A stretch of 64,000 bases of DNA from assembly GCA_035221665.1 (NCBI GenBank), contig CM069169.1, positions 17,360,001 to 17,424,000 on the forward strand. Reading direction: 5' to 3'. Below are positions 38,686 to 51,795 of this stretch, piece by piece; positions within the stretch are counted from its first letter, which is position 1; each line of letters starts with the position of its first letter. The notes below the pieces were generated by a model. It ran no database searches. It worked only from the letters and a program-made list of their open reading frames with translations, and had not been told where the DNA came from. A program made the position numbers and the translations under genes. Source of the stretch: Okamejei kenojei (lineage: Eukaryota).

Positions 38686-39389
38686 ACAAAAAGTTGATCT
38701 TGGGTTCAGAATTATAAATAGCAGAACTTATGGTCTTGGCATTAAATCTTGTGCATGTGTGTGTGTGATACACTTTAATAACAAAGTAATCCCCTGTTTT
38801 GAGATTATTAATTTGGTTTAAGGTTTATGATGCTTTCTTGCCTTGTGTTTCAGTCATTTACATTTCACATCTGTATGTTCTTCTGTGAATAATGAAAATG
38901 TGAAGCAAATGTAATGTTGTGGAATCTTTCAGGCAAATAATTAAAGCAGGAAATTGCTTGTGCTGCAAATAAAAGCAGGAAAGCTTTGAAGTTGTCCCAA
39001 TGCAGCTGAAATGTGGTGTTAGAGTATAAATGAAGGATTGGCGAGTATAATGCAAGCAAGGAGCCACAATAACAATAAATCAAACCAATGTCCGTTGTGA
39101 GTGCGCACTCTGACGCAAGCTCTTAGGTTTTTCTCAGAATGGATTAGTTCTAAGAAACTGTGGTCTTACATTTAGTGTTTTGTGTTTGCACGCTCTTTAA
39201 TTCTGTTTGGTGATGATTGGGTGGAAGCAATTCGACTGTAGTCTTTTTCCATTTTCGCATAATGAATAATTATATTAAAATAAAGCCTCCAACTCCTTTT
39301 TGCATTATTACTGAAAAAAACCCACAGGAAAAGTCATACATCCTGTTGAAGTGGTAGCAAAATATATGAATGAGTGGAGTGTGACTGAT

Positions 39390-40700
39390 GTAGCTTACAG
39401 ACTTAAGTATGGCCTTTGACAAGGTCCAACATGGGGGGCTGGTCTGAATAGTTTGAACCCATGGGATCCAACGATCCAAATTTGGGTTGTTAATAAGAGA
39501 CAGAAATGGAGCTCTGTTTTTGTGATTAGATGCCGTGTGACCAGTGGTATACCACAGGGGTCACTGCGGGGACCGTTACAATTTGTTATAAACATTACCA
39601 GGATGTAGATGTGTGAGCATTGAGTAGTAAGTTTGCAAATGATGCAAACTTGGTGGTTTTTTGATAGTGAGGAAAATAGCTGACTACAGGATGATGTAGA
39701 TTAGCTGGTATGATGCAAAGTGGAATTTAAACCTATACATGTGAGCCGAAGCACTTTGGGAAGAGTAAACTGGGAACACACACAATAATTGGACGCTTAC
39801 CTAAATCACAGTTATGTCTCTCACAGTTAAGTGCAGTTAAGCATGAGATTAAAAAAGATCTGGTAGGAGTAGTATTTATGGTAATCTACCTGTGGTGAGA
39901 TAGAAACATAGAAAATAGGAGCAGGAGTAGCCAATTCGGCCCTTCGAGCCTGCACCGCCATTCAATATGATCATGGCTGATCATCCAACTCAGTATCCTG
40001 TACCTGCCTTCTCTCCATACACCCTGATCCCTTTAGCCCTTTACCCCTTGAGATGACATTCTATAGAGAAATGTAGATTAGTTAAATGAATAGTCAAAGA
40101 TCTAACACATGGACTGTAATACCTGGGTCTTGTGCTTGGATTCACAAAAGGCTAGTTGCAGGTTCAACATGTAATATGGAAAACTAACAATGTTACTTAT
40201 TGATAATAAATGGAATAGAAAACTTGGGAGGTTACGTTTCAGATATGTAAAGCATTAATGAGACGATATCTGGAGTATTCTATACGGTACTGATTCTATA
40301 CGGTTCCCTTATTTAAGGGAAGATGTAAGTGTATTTAAAGCAATTTAATTTTCCTCAACTAATACCTCTAAAGAGTATGTATTATAAGGAAAAGTTGGGT
40401 AATTGAAATCTATATCCACTTGAACTTTGAAGAGTTGGAGGTAACTTGACTGATATATGCACAATTGCTGAGAAGACTTAACAGTGTGGGTGCAGAGGTT
40501 GTGGGAAATCTTAAACCAGAGGTCACTATTTACAACTAAATGCTAGTCCATTAAAGGCAGACGAGACAGAATTTTATATCCTCAGAGAACCTTGAGTCTA
40601 TGCAACTCTTCCCCAAAGGTAGCAGAATTTGATAGTTTATGAGCAAGTAGGTGACAGGTTATCAAGTTTAGATGGAAAAGCACAGTTGAGGTTATAATCA
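39390..40700 (+). mobile_element. Old CR1 fragments with a nested younger minus-strand CR1 3' end (about 39900-40040)
   Basis: gcctttgacaagg, gtgaccagtggtataccacagggg and agtaagtttgcaaatgat; nested tagaaacatagaaaatagg..ggcccttcgagcc. Confidence 0.65.
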
Positions 40701-40721
40701 GAACCACCATGAAGGTATTAA

Positions 40722-40852
40722 ATGTTTAAGAAAGAACTGCAGATGCTGGAAAAATTAAAGGTAGACATAAATGCTGGAGAAACTCAGCAGACGAGGCAGC
40801 ATCTATGGAGAGAAGGAATAGGCAACATTTTGGGTCGAGACCCTTCTTCAGA
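40722..40852 (-). mobile_element. Solo pLTR-derived element
   Basis: atgtttaagaaagaactgcagatgctgg...ttttgggtcgagacccttcttcaga. Confidence 0.88.
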
Positions 40853-41132
40853 TGAAATGGTGAGTAGGCTCAAGGGGCTGAGTGGTCCACACTTCCTACT
40901 CTTCATTTCTCCGTTAATTTGCACCGATTTGAATATAAACTAGATGTATAATTGGAAACCATACATGCTTTGTAGTATATTTTATTATTGTGCATTCTTT
41001 AAAAATGTTCTATATTTTAAAATAGATTCTTGGTTTAAATTCTCTGTGTTAACAGAAATGCGGGGATGAAATAGATTATGAGTAGAGTCATTGTTCCAAT
41101 TTTTAGACACTTGATTTTTGTTTTATGAACAG

Positions 41133-41227
41133 GCTTTTGGGAATGCAAAGACTGCTCACAATAACAATTCCAGCCGATTTGGTAAATTCATTCAAGTCAA
41201 CTACCAGGAAACGGGCACGGTGCGAGG
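41133..41227 (+). CDS. MYO9A: MYO9A exon 3 (95 nt) [31 protein letters not shown](G)
   Basis: Acceptor atgaacag|GCT, donor GG|gtgagt; contains switch I. Confidence 0.97.
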
Positions 41228-42279
41228 GTGAGTAATGTGTGAATCTGACATGATCAGTAATTCCCCCACTCCCGTTCTCCACTTCTCAATCTCCCCATCC
41301 TCAGTTTCCCCCAACTACTTTTCAGTTCCCCCCTTCCCCAATTCACTTTCTCCCTCTGACCATTTGGCACAATTGAATATAGTATATATGTCATGATTTA
41401 GCCATTGTTTTGTTGAATAACAGAACCAGTTGTGGGGCTTAATGGTCTATTTCTGTATTCATGTTTCAGATTATCCTGAAGTTCAGTTATTAAATGTGTA
41501 GAGCCAAACAAATGAAGAGATCAGAAATTTCATCCCGGCTGTGTTGATTTAACTGATTTTAGCTTTGATAGCAGTTGAGGGTTGCAGGTATGTCCTGGAT
41601 TGGAAGGGCAATAAAATCTGGTATGATTGCTCCTTTTAATGATCTTAGTGTCTCTGATTATGAGCACACATGGATATGTGGAAAGACTGATCATGAAGAT
41701 TGCAGGTGATTGTGAACAATGTCGATATATGGCCATGTTATTTTTTTGTATATTAGAGAATTAGAGGAGATTGTGAATCTTCTAGAGTACAATGTGAGTG
41801 CAGAATTAAACAATGTGCCAAACAGTAGCCTAAATGAGAATTTGCTTCAGCGTAGAAGGAGATGATGCCCTCGAATAAAAACATTTTACACAGACTTGGC
41901 GGGGGTTTATAGATTACATAAAAAGGAAGAGGAATGGGATAAAACGTTATTAGCATAATAAAAACAACCATGTTTTTTGGGGGTCCTGGGTGGATTGCTG
42001 AGACCTGTTGCTTGTAATAACACCGTCATGTGTGAGATTTAGGGCACTTCATGTGTCTTTGTGGACCATGTGCAGAAGGTACCTCCAGCTGTTTGAACTT
42101 AAACGCTGAAGTTTCCAGCATTTGATTTTTCTTTAACATATTTACCTCAACCACTTCCTCAGTTATAAAGTTCCAAACTCCAACTTGATTGTGTAGTATA
42201 TGTGATGTTTTTATTTTTCCTGAATGTTGTGTTACTTTACATTGTGATGTTACAGTTAATTTATGCCGAACCACACAAT

Positions 42280-42412
42280 AATAGTCTGAAGAAGGGTCCC
42301 GACCTGAAATGTCAATAGTCTGAAGAAGACTCCCGGCCCGATATGTCACCTACATATATTTTCAGAGATGCCATCTAACCCGCTGAGTTACTCCAGTACT
42401 TTGTGTCTTTTT
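42280..42412 (+). mobile_element. pLTR-derived element with tandemly duplicated hammerhead motif (2 x 34 nt)
   Basis: aatagtctgaagaagggtcccgacctgaaatgtc followed by aatagtctgaagaagactcccggcccgatatgtc. Confidence 0.85.
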
Positions 42413-42492
42413 TACACAGTAATAACGTTTTCTAGTTGTATTATACTTCATTAATCATCTTTTTCCCTCTCCTACCACTTCGAGATAGATAA

Positions 42493-42528
<36 letters not shown>

Positions 42529-42556
42529 GAGTGTGTGTATATATATATTTATATAT
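42493..42556. repeat. (GT)n/(AT)n compound microsatellite
   Basis: Directly visible. Confidence 0.9.
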
Positions 42557-43330
42557 GACAGAAGTATACACTCAGGATGTTGTTCAAGGGCCAATGATGA
42601 CAGACATAGCACAAATTGATGATTTTCACGATTAACAATTCATAGAATTTGTTACCCACTCAGCCTTTTTTTTAATAAAACATCAGCTTCCAAATTAAGC
42701 ATCAGCCTGTGGTTATAGATGCTTCCCCACTTTCATTTCTTTGAACTGTGACTTTGGTTGTTCATGCAAATATAATAAAATAGGTGTCAATCTGTTGGCT
42801 CCTAAACCTGCTCTGCCTTTTATTAAGATCGTGGCTGATCTTTTGCCTCAACACCATATCTATCACCAATTTTAGTGTTTCTGTTTCAAATGAATTTGAT
42901 GACTGAGATTCCACAGCCTCCTAGGAAAGAATTCCAACACGTCACTACCCACTGAATGCATTTCTCTTCATGTTTGCCCAAAATGGTCAGCCTTTTAATT
43001 TGAAAATGAAACATTCATTGATATACTCCGACCATCTGGGTTATATCTTTATATTTTGAAACATAAAAATTTTCTATGTTTCAACGAGGTAACCTTTCAT
43101 TTTTAAACGGAACAATTGAAGCCTCGGCTAATCGTTCACTCCTTGTACGATAGGTCAGCCATCCCAGGAACCAGTCTGATGATACTTTATTGCACTCTCT
43201 TTATACCAAATCTATGGTAGAAATTTTGATGTTATATTTTCAATGAATGTATGTCATTTATTTAAACAGTGACTGTTGTATTTCTGTGGATTTTTATGAT
43301 TAAGCCAGGAGCACCAATTTGTTCTTTCAG

Positions 43331-43393
43331 AGCTTATGTTGAAAAGTATCTGTTGGAAAAGTCAAGGCTGGTCAACCAGGAACATAATGAACG
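43331..43393 (+). CDS. MYO9A: MYO9A exon 4 (63 nt) AYVEKYLLEKSRLVNQEHNE(R)
   Basis: Acceptor gttctttcag|A, donor CG|gtaaga; YLLEKSR motif; phase-compatible with neighbours. Confidence 0.96.
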
Positions 43394-44872
43394 GTAAGAG
43401 GCATGCAGAACTTTTTAAGAGACAATGTAACACTAAGATCTTTATAAGTAGCACCGAACAGTGGGTATTAATCTTTCTGACAGAAATATATGACCTTACA
43501 CGTGACTAGAAATATATCTGTTAAGATTGCACGATGACCTAAGTTTGAGTATTAATCTGAAATAAAATATTTAAAACAAAAGCTGTCCACATGTTAACAT
43601 GTTCCTTTAATATGGTGCCAAAGAAGAACTCTTGAGGCAAGTGTGTCTTGTGAAATTGATGTTTTAGTTGCATTTGTAAGGTCGTATGCCATAATCCTTT
43701 TTTGCGAGCCTCAGTTTCCACGATTCTCTTTTCATTCATATTGATGGAACAGCTGGTTGGCATTAACTTCTGTTTGGGTAGACTTGTTATGTTTCAATGG
43801 TAATGTTAGTACTCTTTGGACACCGAGTACTGAGTCTCAATCCACTTGTTATTGAACAAAATTGGCCTCTAATTACACTAACTAGACATTTCACAATTTT
43901 TTGCTTATTGGTACAACAGTGATACAGTGGACGGAGTTGCAAAATTGTTTCACGATCTATTACTGCAGCTGATGCAGCACCAGAAATAAATGTTTGTACA
44001 TGTGCCAAAATGTCATTGCCTATTTGTATATTAATTAAGATTTGAATTGCTTGAGTGCTTTTTGAATAGTATAATCATATATCCCTCAGATGACTGAGAG
44101 CTCTGCTTATTTGAAGGATTTTAAGTGGTAACCAATCGAAATTTTCTTCTCCCTAACCACCCTTAACATATTAATTGATAATATTCTCTAGAATTGAAGA
44201 CCTGTGCCAATCCTACAGCAAAATGACTTTGATTCGATTCAGATACTGCCCCATGGATTTGATGTGCAAGGGTCAATATCGAGACAAAAATAATCAATAT
44301 CGAAAACTGAATAACAATAATAAAATATCATGGCTATCATAATATCATAAAATGCTTATTCTAATAGAATAATGCACAATAATCTGGTTTTATATTGTTG
44401 ATTTAGTTCGCACGACATTAACCCTTGGTGTCCTATAGTCATTTAAACATTACCCATGATATCTATGCTGGACATGATGCCAGATTAAATCCATTATGCC
44501 TGTATATGATCCTTATCATTCCATGCATATTCTTTTGCCTATCTAAAGTCCTCTTAAATTCCACTATATCTACTTCCACCACCAGCCCTAGCAACACCAA
44601 CCACTTTCTGTCTGGGGGAAAATGTTGCCCTACGTTTAAACCGTTGTTCACGAAGCTGAAAACCTTCCCCTCCTCTACTTGAGATTTCCACCCTGGGAAA
44701 ATAATGTTCTGACTGTATACCCTATTTATGTCTCTTGTAATTTTATAAATTTGACTAAATTTTATTTGTTGTGAAATGTCTGCACATAATATTTTAAACT
44801 GCTGTTGTTCCTCCCGTCTGCTGTTGAGTGTATTACTTACAAAATATAAGATTTTATGAAATTCCATTTCAG

Positions 44873-44972
44873 GAACTATCACGTATTCTACTACCTGCTG
44901 GCAGGTGCCAGTGAAGAAGAGAAAAAGAGTTTCCATCTGCTAAAGCCTGAGGAATACCACTATTTGAACCAG
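44873..44972 (+). CDS. MYO9A: MYO9A exon 5 (100 nt) [33 protein letters not shown]
   Basis: Acceptor ccatttcag|G, donor CAG|gtcagc; ERNYHVFY motif completed across the splice junction. Confidence 0.96.
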
Positions 44973-45141
44973 GTCAGCACCAAAAGCAGATTGTTTGCAT
45001 TCCACACTTTTGGCAGGTGTTCCATTGAAGACAGAATATATTACATTCAGGGCAAAGATCTTGATTTCTATCAATTATTACTGAACTAACTTGGCTTTGT
45101 AAGTACCTAGAGCAGTAACATAATGTTCCTTGTTTTCTTAG

Positions 45142-45198
45142 ATGACAAAGAAACCGGTCAGACAGACTTGGGATGATTATTACTGTGATTCAGAGCTG
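45142..45198 (+). CDS. MYO9A: MYO9A exon 6 (57 nt) MTKKPVRQTWDDYYCDSEL, symmetric phase-0 exon
   Basis: Acceptor ttgttttcttag|ATG, donor CTG|gttagt; resembles the mammalian MYO9A segment ITKKPLRQSWDDYCYDSEP as recalled. Confidence 0.9.
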
Positions 45199-45628
45199 GT
45201 TAGTATTCAAGTTTTGCTGTGCCAGTGGTGTGATACTAGTTCACCACTATTCATCCTCAAGTTATGCACTCGGATAATTGTCAAAATATGCCAGTTGTTA
45301 CATTGAATATTTCAATAAAATGATTATAGACTATTTATGGTGGCTGAAGCAGTCAGTGTTTCAGGTAACTGATCTTTGATCAGAATTCCATCACAACACC
45401 GAATAATTTGTACAGTTAAAATGATGAGTATCAAAGAAGTATCAAAGAGTATCAATGAGTATCTTAAAATTGAGATGACTCTCGAGTAAAAATGATTACG
45501 TTTAACATTGTCCCTCAGAAAAGGATATTCTGCTTTCTTTCCACAATAAACATGCTATAATTTGAGTTTAAGTGAACTATGAGAACATATAAGCATTGAA
45601 TAATTAAGGCGGATATTGGATATTGGTG

Positions 45629-45709
45629 GTAGACACAAAATGCTGGAGTAACTCAGCGGGACAGGTAGCATCTCTGGAGCGAAGGAATGGGTGACTTTTC
45701 TACAGAATC
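45629..45709 (-). mobile_element. Truncated pLTR-derived element with 13-bp TSD
   Basis: ttggatattggtg at 45616 and 45710. Confidence 0.85.
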
Positions 45710-46064
45710 TTGGATATTGGTGATTCCATTCATGTTTTTTTGTGGGGAAGTTAGATTGCTGTTTGTTTATTCTTTGAGCTTGAATTAGAAGATTGTTTAA
45801 GCCCCAAGCTTAGGTGTGTCATCTTGGCAGCTTTTAACAATTGCATACCAAATGGGGGTATGCTATTTATTAAGTGTTAAATTCAGCTAGTCTCTATGAA
45901 TACTGATAGATATATGGCACAATTTGTAGAAATGTTTTCCCAAAATCTTTTAAACGTTTGTGTGTTCTTAATGTATGAAGACTGTTTTATGTAATTAGCA
46001 ACATTGTAAAAGCAATGATTTGCATTGTCTTTTGAGGCATGAAGTCTTTTGAAACAAAGTATTT

Positions 46065-46690
46065 CAGGTTCAGTTTAGTTTATTGTCATGTGTAGGGAGG
46101 TACAGTGAAAAGCTTTTGTTGCGTTCAAACCAGTCAGCAGAAAGACAATACATGATTACAATCGAGCCATTCAGAGTGTACAGGTACATGATAAGGGAAT
46201 AACGTATAGTGCAAAGTAAAGCCAGTAAAGTCCAATCAAAGATATTTCGAGTGTCCTTGATGAGGTAGATCGTAGTTCAGGACTATTCTCTGGCTGCGGT
46301 AAGTTAGTTCAGTAGCCTGATAACAGCTGGGAAGAAACTGTCCCTGAATCTGGAGGTGTGCTATATCTTTTGCCCGATGGGAGTGGAGAGAAGAGGAAGT
46401 GGCTAGGGTACAATTTGCCCTTGATTATGCTGCTGGCCTTGTCGAAGCAGCATGAGGTATAAATGGAGTCAATGGAAGGGAGAGTGGTTTGTGTGATGGT
46501 CTGGGCTGCTTCCACAATTCGCTACAATTTCTTGCAGTCCTGGATGGACCACTATCTCCATTGTCTTGCTGACATTGAGAGAAAGGTTGTTGTCTCGACA
46601 CTAGGACACGAGGTTCTCTATCTCCTTCCAGCACTCCCACTCAGCATTATTTGATGCCCGGCCCACAATGGTGGCGTCGCCTGTGAATTT
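46065..46690 (-). mobile_element. Rex1/Babar-like LINE 3' fragment
   Basis: MEAAQTITQTTLPSIDSIYTSCCFDKASSIIK..FLFSPLPSGKRY; reverse tail tttagtttattgtcatgtgt. Confidence 0.75.
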
Positions 46691-47335
46691 GTAAAGTGTG
46701 TATAAATTCAGACATTTTTGTGGCGATCCATTTTGTCCAGTGACAGATCTCAGGAATAGTTTATATCGTTTAACAAGCCTAGCAAGTCAGATGTCTGACC
46801 CGATGTAATATATGTGCTGTCACCTTTTCAACGCTGTGGTTATCTTTATGAATTTAATCATTATGAATCTAGTATTATAGAAAGCCCCCTCCCTCTCCCC
46901 TCCACAGCCAACATGCGCAACCATGCAAGTCAGTTTATAAATTCAACATATTTCTTCATCCCATCTTTTGCAAAAAGCAAAATCACCATGAATAAATGAT
47001 GACATGAGGAAAATCACATTGGCAGTGGTGCAGTGAATCTATTTGAAGATCTTTCTCTCAAGCCTTTTATGAGCTTTGATCATTGATGTTAAATCTCCAG
47101 TTGTATCATTTAATGAGATGCCACATGATCACTTGTAATTAAGAAGGCTTGCTGGGTCTCATCCTTCCGCAATACTAATCCTGTCATCTTATTTTATCTT
47201 TAATTAAACCCCTCTGAAGCACAGTACCTCTAACTTTGTATAATAAGCTTAACACTGCAATTAAATGAAATGCTATACAATGTATTCAAACTGCAGCATG
47301 GAACTGCTTGCTTGGCTGTACCCACATCCAACCTG

Positions 47336-47573
47336 AAGATGGACAAAAAATGCTTGAGTAACTCAGCACGACAGGCAGCATCTCTAGAGAGATGGAATGG
47401 GTGATGTTTCGGGTCCAACCTGAAGATCCAATCCACATTCAGTCTGAAGAAGGGTCTCTGCCCGAAAAGTCACCTATTCCTTCTCTCCAGACATGCTGCC
47501 TGTCTCGCTGATTTATTCCAGCTTTTTGTGTCTATCTTCGGTTTAAACCAGCATCTGCATTTCCTTCTTACAC
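47336..47573. mobile_element. Inverted pLTR pair with about 16-bp flanking repeat
   Basis: acccacatccaacctg (47320) and acccatatccaaactg (47574); near-intact hammerhead motif at about 47444. Confidence 0.88.
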
Positions 47574-47898
47574 ACCCATATCCAAACTGCCTTCCTGCTA
47601 ATCTCATTGCCCCTCACTCTGGTTTGCCTCGGTTCCTTATGGTAATCTTTGTCTGCCTACCTGAGAAAACCATTTGTCTGACACTCTGTCTGCATAGAGG
47701 GGCTCATTCTATCTATTTGTCTGTTTGTGCTCCCACCACGAACTACCCCCTCGTTGACTGCCAATCTAAAACCTTTAAGTTGACCCTAAAGGAAGTACTC
47801 GTAGTTGATGACATCAGGCGAACTGTTTCATCATTCAGCTGAGAGCTCAGTACTTGTGCAGCCCTTCAAATACTGGGCTAACATCTGGAACATAATTG

Positions 47899-48030
47899 TG
47901 TAGGAAGGAACTACAGATGCTAGATTAAACCCAAGATAGACACAAAAAGCTGGAGTAACTCAGTGTATCATAGAGCATCACAGGAGAAAAGGAATAAGTG
48001 ACGTTTTGGGTCGAGACCCTGCTTCAGACA
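47899..48030 (-). mobile_element. Solo pLTR-derived element with 9-bp flanking repeat
   Basis: acataattg at 47890 and 48038. Confidence 0.85.
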
Positions 48031-48228
48031 CTTCTATACATAATTGAATGCTACTGCAACAAATGCAGATGTGCATAGCTTTCCCTCACTGTTTTTGTTG
48101 ATTTGTTCTTTGTGGTTTGCCCAGAATGACCTAAGAGTTCCTCTTTGTCACCATATTACAGGAATATGTTTAGCCATCAGTAATCAAGAATTTGATTACT
48201 TTGATTTTGATTTTGAAGATTGCAAACT

Positions 48229-48630
48229 GACCTCCGCTCAGTTCGCAATAACCAACCTGATCTTGCGGTGGCTCAGCACTTCACCTCCCCCTCCCATTCC
48301 GAATCTGACCTTTCTGTCCTGGGCCTCATCCATTGCTAGAGTGAGGTCCATCGCAAATTGGAGGAACAGTACCTCATATTTCGCTTGGTTAGTTTACACC
48401 TCAGCAGTTTGAACATTGACCTCCAATTTCAGATAGTCCTTGCTTTCTCCCTCTTTCCCCTTACGCTCACCCTTCCCAGCTTGCCCACAAGCCTACTGTC
48501 TCCACCTCTTCCTTTCTTTTTCCCGCCCCCCCCAACATCACTGAAGATTGGTCTCGACCCGAAACGCGCCTATTCCTTCTCTCCAGAGATGCTGCGTCAC
48601 CCAATGAGTTTCTCCAGCATTTTTGTCTCC
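48229..48630 (+). mobile_element. Penelope-like 3' fragment (end of GIY-YIG ORF plus pLTR)
   Basis: Reverse-orientation homologue of 13015-13410: ctccgctcagttcgcaataaccaacctgatc ... EEQYLIFRL. Confidence 0.88.
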
Positions 48631-49181
48631 CTAAGATTTATCATTTGGAAAGAGGCAATCCACATTTAACTGTAAAAGATCAACAGTATATGGAATTAAA
48701 ACAAAGCTACACAAGCACTGGAATGTTTCTCATTGATTAAAACAGTAGTTATATCCCCAATATTGTAGTAACAGCAGAACCACTCCCTTCCACTTATTTC
48801 CCTACCCCAAAATAGCCTCATGAATCCTTGCGATTGCTTTATTTACTGACTCATACGAAGATCTCGGGTGGTTGCCTCATATACTGCAAATAGTGTCATT
48901 TACACAGAAATAAAAATTTCATTCCAACTCGTACATGCCTTCCAGAGCCTGTTGCAGTTGCAAATACTTGATCCACAACTCTCTAAACTTTTGTTTTCCA
49001 TGAACCTTAAAAATGCCTTTTAAACATTATAATTGTACCTGCTTCTACCACTTCCAATGCATATATCCATCACCTTTGTTGAAAAACATTGCCCACTTAT
49101 GTCCACTTTAAATCTTTTCCCTCTCATCTTAAACCTAAACTCCCCTACAGTGGAAAAAAGCCTGTGATCATCCACGGTATC

Positions 49182-49339
49182 TAAGGCAGATAAAAATGCT
49201 GGAGAAACTCATCGGGTGAGGCAGCATCTATAAAGCGAAGGAAATAGGCATCGTTTCGGGTCGAGACCCTTCTTTAGACTGAAGACTCCAGCATTTTTTT
49301 CTACCTTTGATTTTCCAGTATCTGCAGTTCCTTCTTAAA
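49182..49339. mobile_element. Inverted pLTR pair with 13-bp TSD, nested in a CR1 fragment
   Basis: catccacggtatc (49169) and catccacgatatc (49340). Confidence 0.85.
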
Positions 49340-50415
49340 CATCCACGATATCCATGCCACTCATGATTTCATAAACCTCAGCCGCCTTTACTCCACAGAA
49401 AATAGTCCCAGCCTATCCATTCTCTTGTCATAACTCCAATCCCGGAAACATCTTTCTGAATCTTTTCTGCCCTCTCAACAGCTTAATCACTTTGGTTTTG
49501 AGCAGACAGAATTTCAGGTGTATGTTTAGAGCATGCTGTTTCAGCTCTTTTATATTGGGCACTGATTAGATAGGAATAATTATGGTGCATGAATTAACTT
49601 CCAAAAGTCATCCCTTGGATGCATAGAACATAAAGCAGTCCAGCACTTTATGTTTATGGTATGTTTGTGCCCATCATGATACCAAGTTAATCTCTTCTGC
49701 CTACATGTAATCCATATCCCTCCATTTTGTGCCTACTCATGTGCTTATCTAAGTGCCTCTTAAATGCTCCTTTCATATTTGCCTCCACCATCATTCCTGG
49801 CAGCATGTTCAAGCATGTTATAGCTAATGCTCTCTAATCCAAATTTTACATTACTGCTCTAATTTGCTCTCAGTGCATCAAACATTTGTTGATGGACCTG
49901 GACGAACCTGGATGACCATTTGTGAAATTCAATCTCTTTGTATGAGTAGTTAAATAAACTTCAGATACTGACTCCTGTTGGATTTGGGGCCTTTTGTTGA
50001 TAGGCAGAGATCATGTTGATTTCTGAAAGTATTTGGGCAAATAACAATCAAAAGTGAAGTGAAATGACTAGTACAGTTCTTGATCTATACACTGAGAGAG
50101 CTGTGAATTTATGGCATGAAGTTTGAAGACTGGTGTGTACTGGAGGGGGTCAACAATCAGTGTTGCTTTTATTTCTGATTTTCTGCAAATATCTATATTG
50201 GATGATAATATTGTTCTTTGCAGTCAGACAATGTATCAGGCTCAACGTCGAGGCTCTTACCTAAGTAATAGCCAATTTCAAGTGATGGTAACTAATATAT
50301 GCGAAACGATACTCCAGGAAGGAGCCAGTGACTTCTAGGAGGAGGGGTGACACTTGATTGTAGCACTAGTATATAATATTGTCTAACTGGAAATTGTTTG
50401 ATCTATATTCAGCAG

Positions 50416-50513
50416 GACAGTTTTATAGTTGAGGGGGAGGATCTGAAGCACGATTTTGAGCGCTTACAGCTGGCAATGGAGATGGTTGGATTTCTGCCAA
50501 AAACACGGAATCG
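50416..50513 (+). CDS. MYO9A: MYO9A exon 7 (98 nt) [32 protein letters not shown](R); alternative start at 50413
   Basis: Tandem acceptor ttcagcag|GAC, donor CG|gtgagt. Confidence 0.94.
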
Positions 50514-50692
50514 GTGAGTTGATTGGCCGGAAATACACAACTTGATTATGTATTGTCGAGGCAGGTATTAAATATTTAAAAATAACTCGAAATTGTGGTT
50601 TTAACTGGAGCATTTATATGCTGGAGACCATGTCTATTTTTCATGATTTCTCAAAGCCTCAGTCTTGTACCATGTACCATGTTGTATTAGAA

Positions 50693-51795
50693 TCATAGAA
50701 TCATAGAAAATAGGTGCAGGAGTAGGCCATTCGGCCCTTCGAGCCTGCACCGCCATTCAATATGATCATGGCTGATCATCCAACTCAGTATTCTGTACCT
50801 GCCTTCTCTCCATACCCCCTGATCCCTTTAGCCACAAGGGCCACATCTAACTCCCTTTTGAATATAGCCAATGAACTGGCCTCAACTACCTTCTGTGGCA
50901 GAGAATTCCACAGATTCACCACTCTCTGTGTGAAAAAAGATCTTCTCATCTCGATCCTTAAAGACTTCCCTCTTATCCTTAAACTGTGACCCCTTGTTCT
51001 GGAGTTCCCCAACATCGGGAACAATCTTCCTGCATCTAGCCTGTCCAACCCCTTAAGAATTTTGTAAGTCTCTATAAGATCCCCCCTCAATCTCCTAAAT
51101 TCCAGCGAGTACAAGCCGAGTCTATCCAGTCTTTCTTCATATGGAAGTCCTGCCATCCCATGAATCAGTCTGGTGAACCTTCTCTGTACTCCCTCCATGG
51201 CAAGAATGTCTTTCCTCAGATTAGGAGACCAAAACTGTACGCAATACTCCAGGTGTGGCCTCACCAAGACCTTGTACAACTGCAGTAGAACCTCCCTGCT
51301 CTTGTACTCAAATCCTTTTGCTATGAATGCCAACATACCATTCGCTTTCTTCACAGCCTGCTGCACCTGCATGCCTACTTTCAATGACTGGTATACCATG
51401 ACACCCAGGTCTTGTTGCATCTCCCCTTTTCCTAATCGGCCACCATTCAGATAATAATCTACCCTCCTGTTTTTTGCCGCCGAAGTGGATGACCTCACAA
51501 TTATCCACATTATACTGCTTCTGCCATGCATTTGCCCACTCACCAACCTATCCAAGTCACCTTGCAGCCTCCTAGCATCCTCCTCACAGCTAACACTGCC
51601 CCCCAGCTTCGTGTCATCCGCAAACTTGGAGATGTTCCATTCAATTCCCTCATCCAGATCATTAATATATATTGTAAATAGCTGGGGTCCCAGCACTGAG
51701 CCTTGCGGTACCCCACTAGTCACTGCCTGCCATTCTGAAAATGACCCGTTTACTCCTACTCTTTGCATCCTGTCTGCCAGCCAGTTCTCTATCCA
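50693..51795 (-). mobile_element. Young CR1 LINE, 5'-truncated ORF2 with 8-bp repeat tail
   Basis: 339-aa ORF with VTSGVPQGSVLGP, KFADDTKL and LVRPHLEYCVQFWSP; tail (TTCTATGA)n. Confidence 0.95.

Noticed and set aside
44856-45089. 77-aa ORF as an independent small protein
   Set aside because: It is exon 5 plus intronic read-through on both sides.
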